A stretch of DNA of 64,000 nt. Source: an uncultured Chloroflexia bacterium (GTDB lineage: Bacteria; Chloroflexota; Limnocylindria; Limnocylindrales; CSP1-4). This document shows positions 63,201 to 64,000 of this stretch, piece by piece. Below the pieces are notes generated by a model. That model did not search any database, had not been told where the DNA came from, and saw only the letters and a list, made by a program, of their open reading frames with translations. The stretch covers positions 10,362 through 74,361 of the forward strand of contig CAVTWU010000026.1 of the NCBI GenBank assembly GCA_963738475.1, in the 5' to 3' direction. Position 1 is the stretch's first letter; each line of letters begins with the position of its first letter. A program made the position numbers and the translations under genes.

Positions 63201-64000
63201 CTAGTAGGAGGAGTCGTCGCTCCGGACGAGCGCGATCGCGTTCTCCAGCTTGAGCTTGGTGATGGTCAGGTACTTGGCGAGGTTGTCCCGGTCCGTGGCC
63301 GGGATGGACTCGCGGATGTCCGTGCTGCGCAGGACGTCGACCAGGCCCTCGATCGCCTCGGCCAACTGGTGCTTGGCGTTGACGAGCGAGTCGTCCGTGA
63401 GGGCGATCGCGTGCCACGGCTCGGCGGTGGCCTCGGCGGCCTGGGCGCCGGGCGAGGTCGACGTCCTGGTCGTCGGCGTCCTCGACCTCGTCGGTCTCGA
63501 CCGCGTCGGCGACGACCTCGCGGGGGACCCGGGCCGGCCGGCCATCGATCTTCTCGCGCAACTTGATGAGGGTCAGCTCCCCGCGGGCGACCTGGTCGGT
63601 CAGGCGGCGACGCTTCTTCGGGTCCTCGACCTTCATCAGCTCGTAGGCATGCGACAGGCTGTCTTTGCGCAAGGACACCAGTTCGCGGATCTCCGGCGGG
63701 GCGCCGGCCAGTCGGAGGCGGTTCTCCAGGTAGCCCTTGTCCTTGCCCAGCTTCTCGGCGAGCTTGCGGATGCTGTAGCCGTGTTCATGGACCATCCGGT
63801 CGTACATGGCCGCTTCGTCGAGCGGTGTCAGGTCCTCGCGCTGCAGGTTCTCGATGATGGAGATCTCGAGCGCGGTGTCGTCATCGATCTCTTCGATGAG
63901 CGCCGGGATCGACACGAGGCCGGCCAGGCGCGACGCGCGCCAGCGTCGTTCGCCCGCCACGATCTGATAGCGGTTGGGTCCGATGGGTCGGACGAGGATC
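63201..64000 (-). CDS. parB: ParB/Spo0J partition protein (N-terminus beyond window)
   Basis: IVAGERRWRASRLAGL..IPALI..ALEISIIENLQREDLTPLDEAAMY..YSIRKLAEKLGKDKGYLENRLRLAG. Stop at 63201. One hop near 63440. Confidence 0.85.

Noticed and set aside
1-64000. Frameshifts as programmed recoding or as evidence of a decaying (leprae-like) genome
   Set aside because: The hops occur at short homopolymers, are spread over all gene classes, and hit essential dnaG and rpoD while flanking segments stay conserved. I saw no accumulation of nonsense codons. Sequencing or polishing error is the parsimonious explanation.

Overview
Very GC-rich bacterial chromosomal DNA. GC3 bias is strong and all six frames stay open for long stretches, so most long antisense ORFs in the track are shadows. 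Gene content looks Actinomycetota-like (HrdB-type primary sigma, ECF sigma with a SnoaL-like tail, deazaflavin-nitroreductase family, class III cyclase-ATPase protein). The phylum is an inference only. I can place about 65 protein genes, one tRNA-Asn(GTT), three hairpin terminators and three palindromic or promoter-like sites. Left to right: partial P450, MTAP, tandem-META lipoprotein, Rrf2 plus ferredoxin, a 3'-truncated EttA, serine hydrolase, AbrB/PIN toxin-antitoxin, ECF sigma, polar amino-acid ABC transporter, FAD oxidoreductase, M19 dipeptidase, tandem-cyclase STAND protein, GH18, cupredoxin, nucleoside hydrolase, a membrane GGDEF protein, heparinase II/III-like protein, the dnaG-rpoD operon, rhodanese, tRNA-Asn, arylsulfatase, a Pro-Thr-repeat surface protein coupled to a GGDEF-EAL sensor, SodC-like protein, an OmpR/HK pair, TetR plus ABC-2 exporter, a GIDE-LemA-phosphatase operon, a HAD-PlsC-UbiA cluster, and parB at the right edge. 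I found no transposase, integrase, phage genes, CRISPR, restriction-modification or recognisable defence island. The dominant anomaly is technical. By eye there are roughly one to two 1-nt frameshifts per kb, and they hit even dnaG and rpoD. Most gene spans below are therefore stitched across frames, and their ends are approximate. I did not find a compelling new multi-gene system. The best leads are listed with modest scores.
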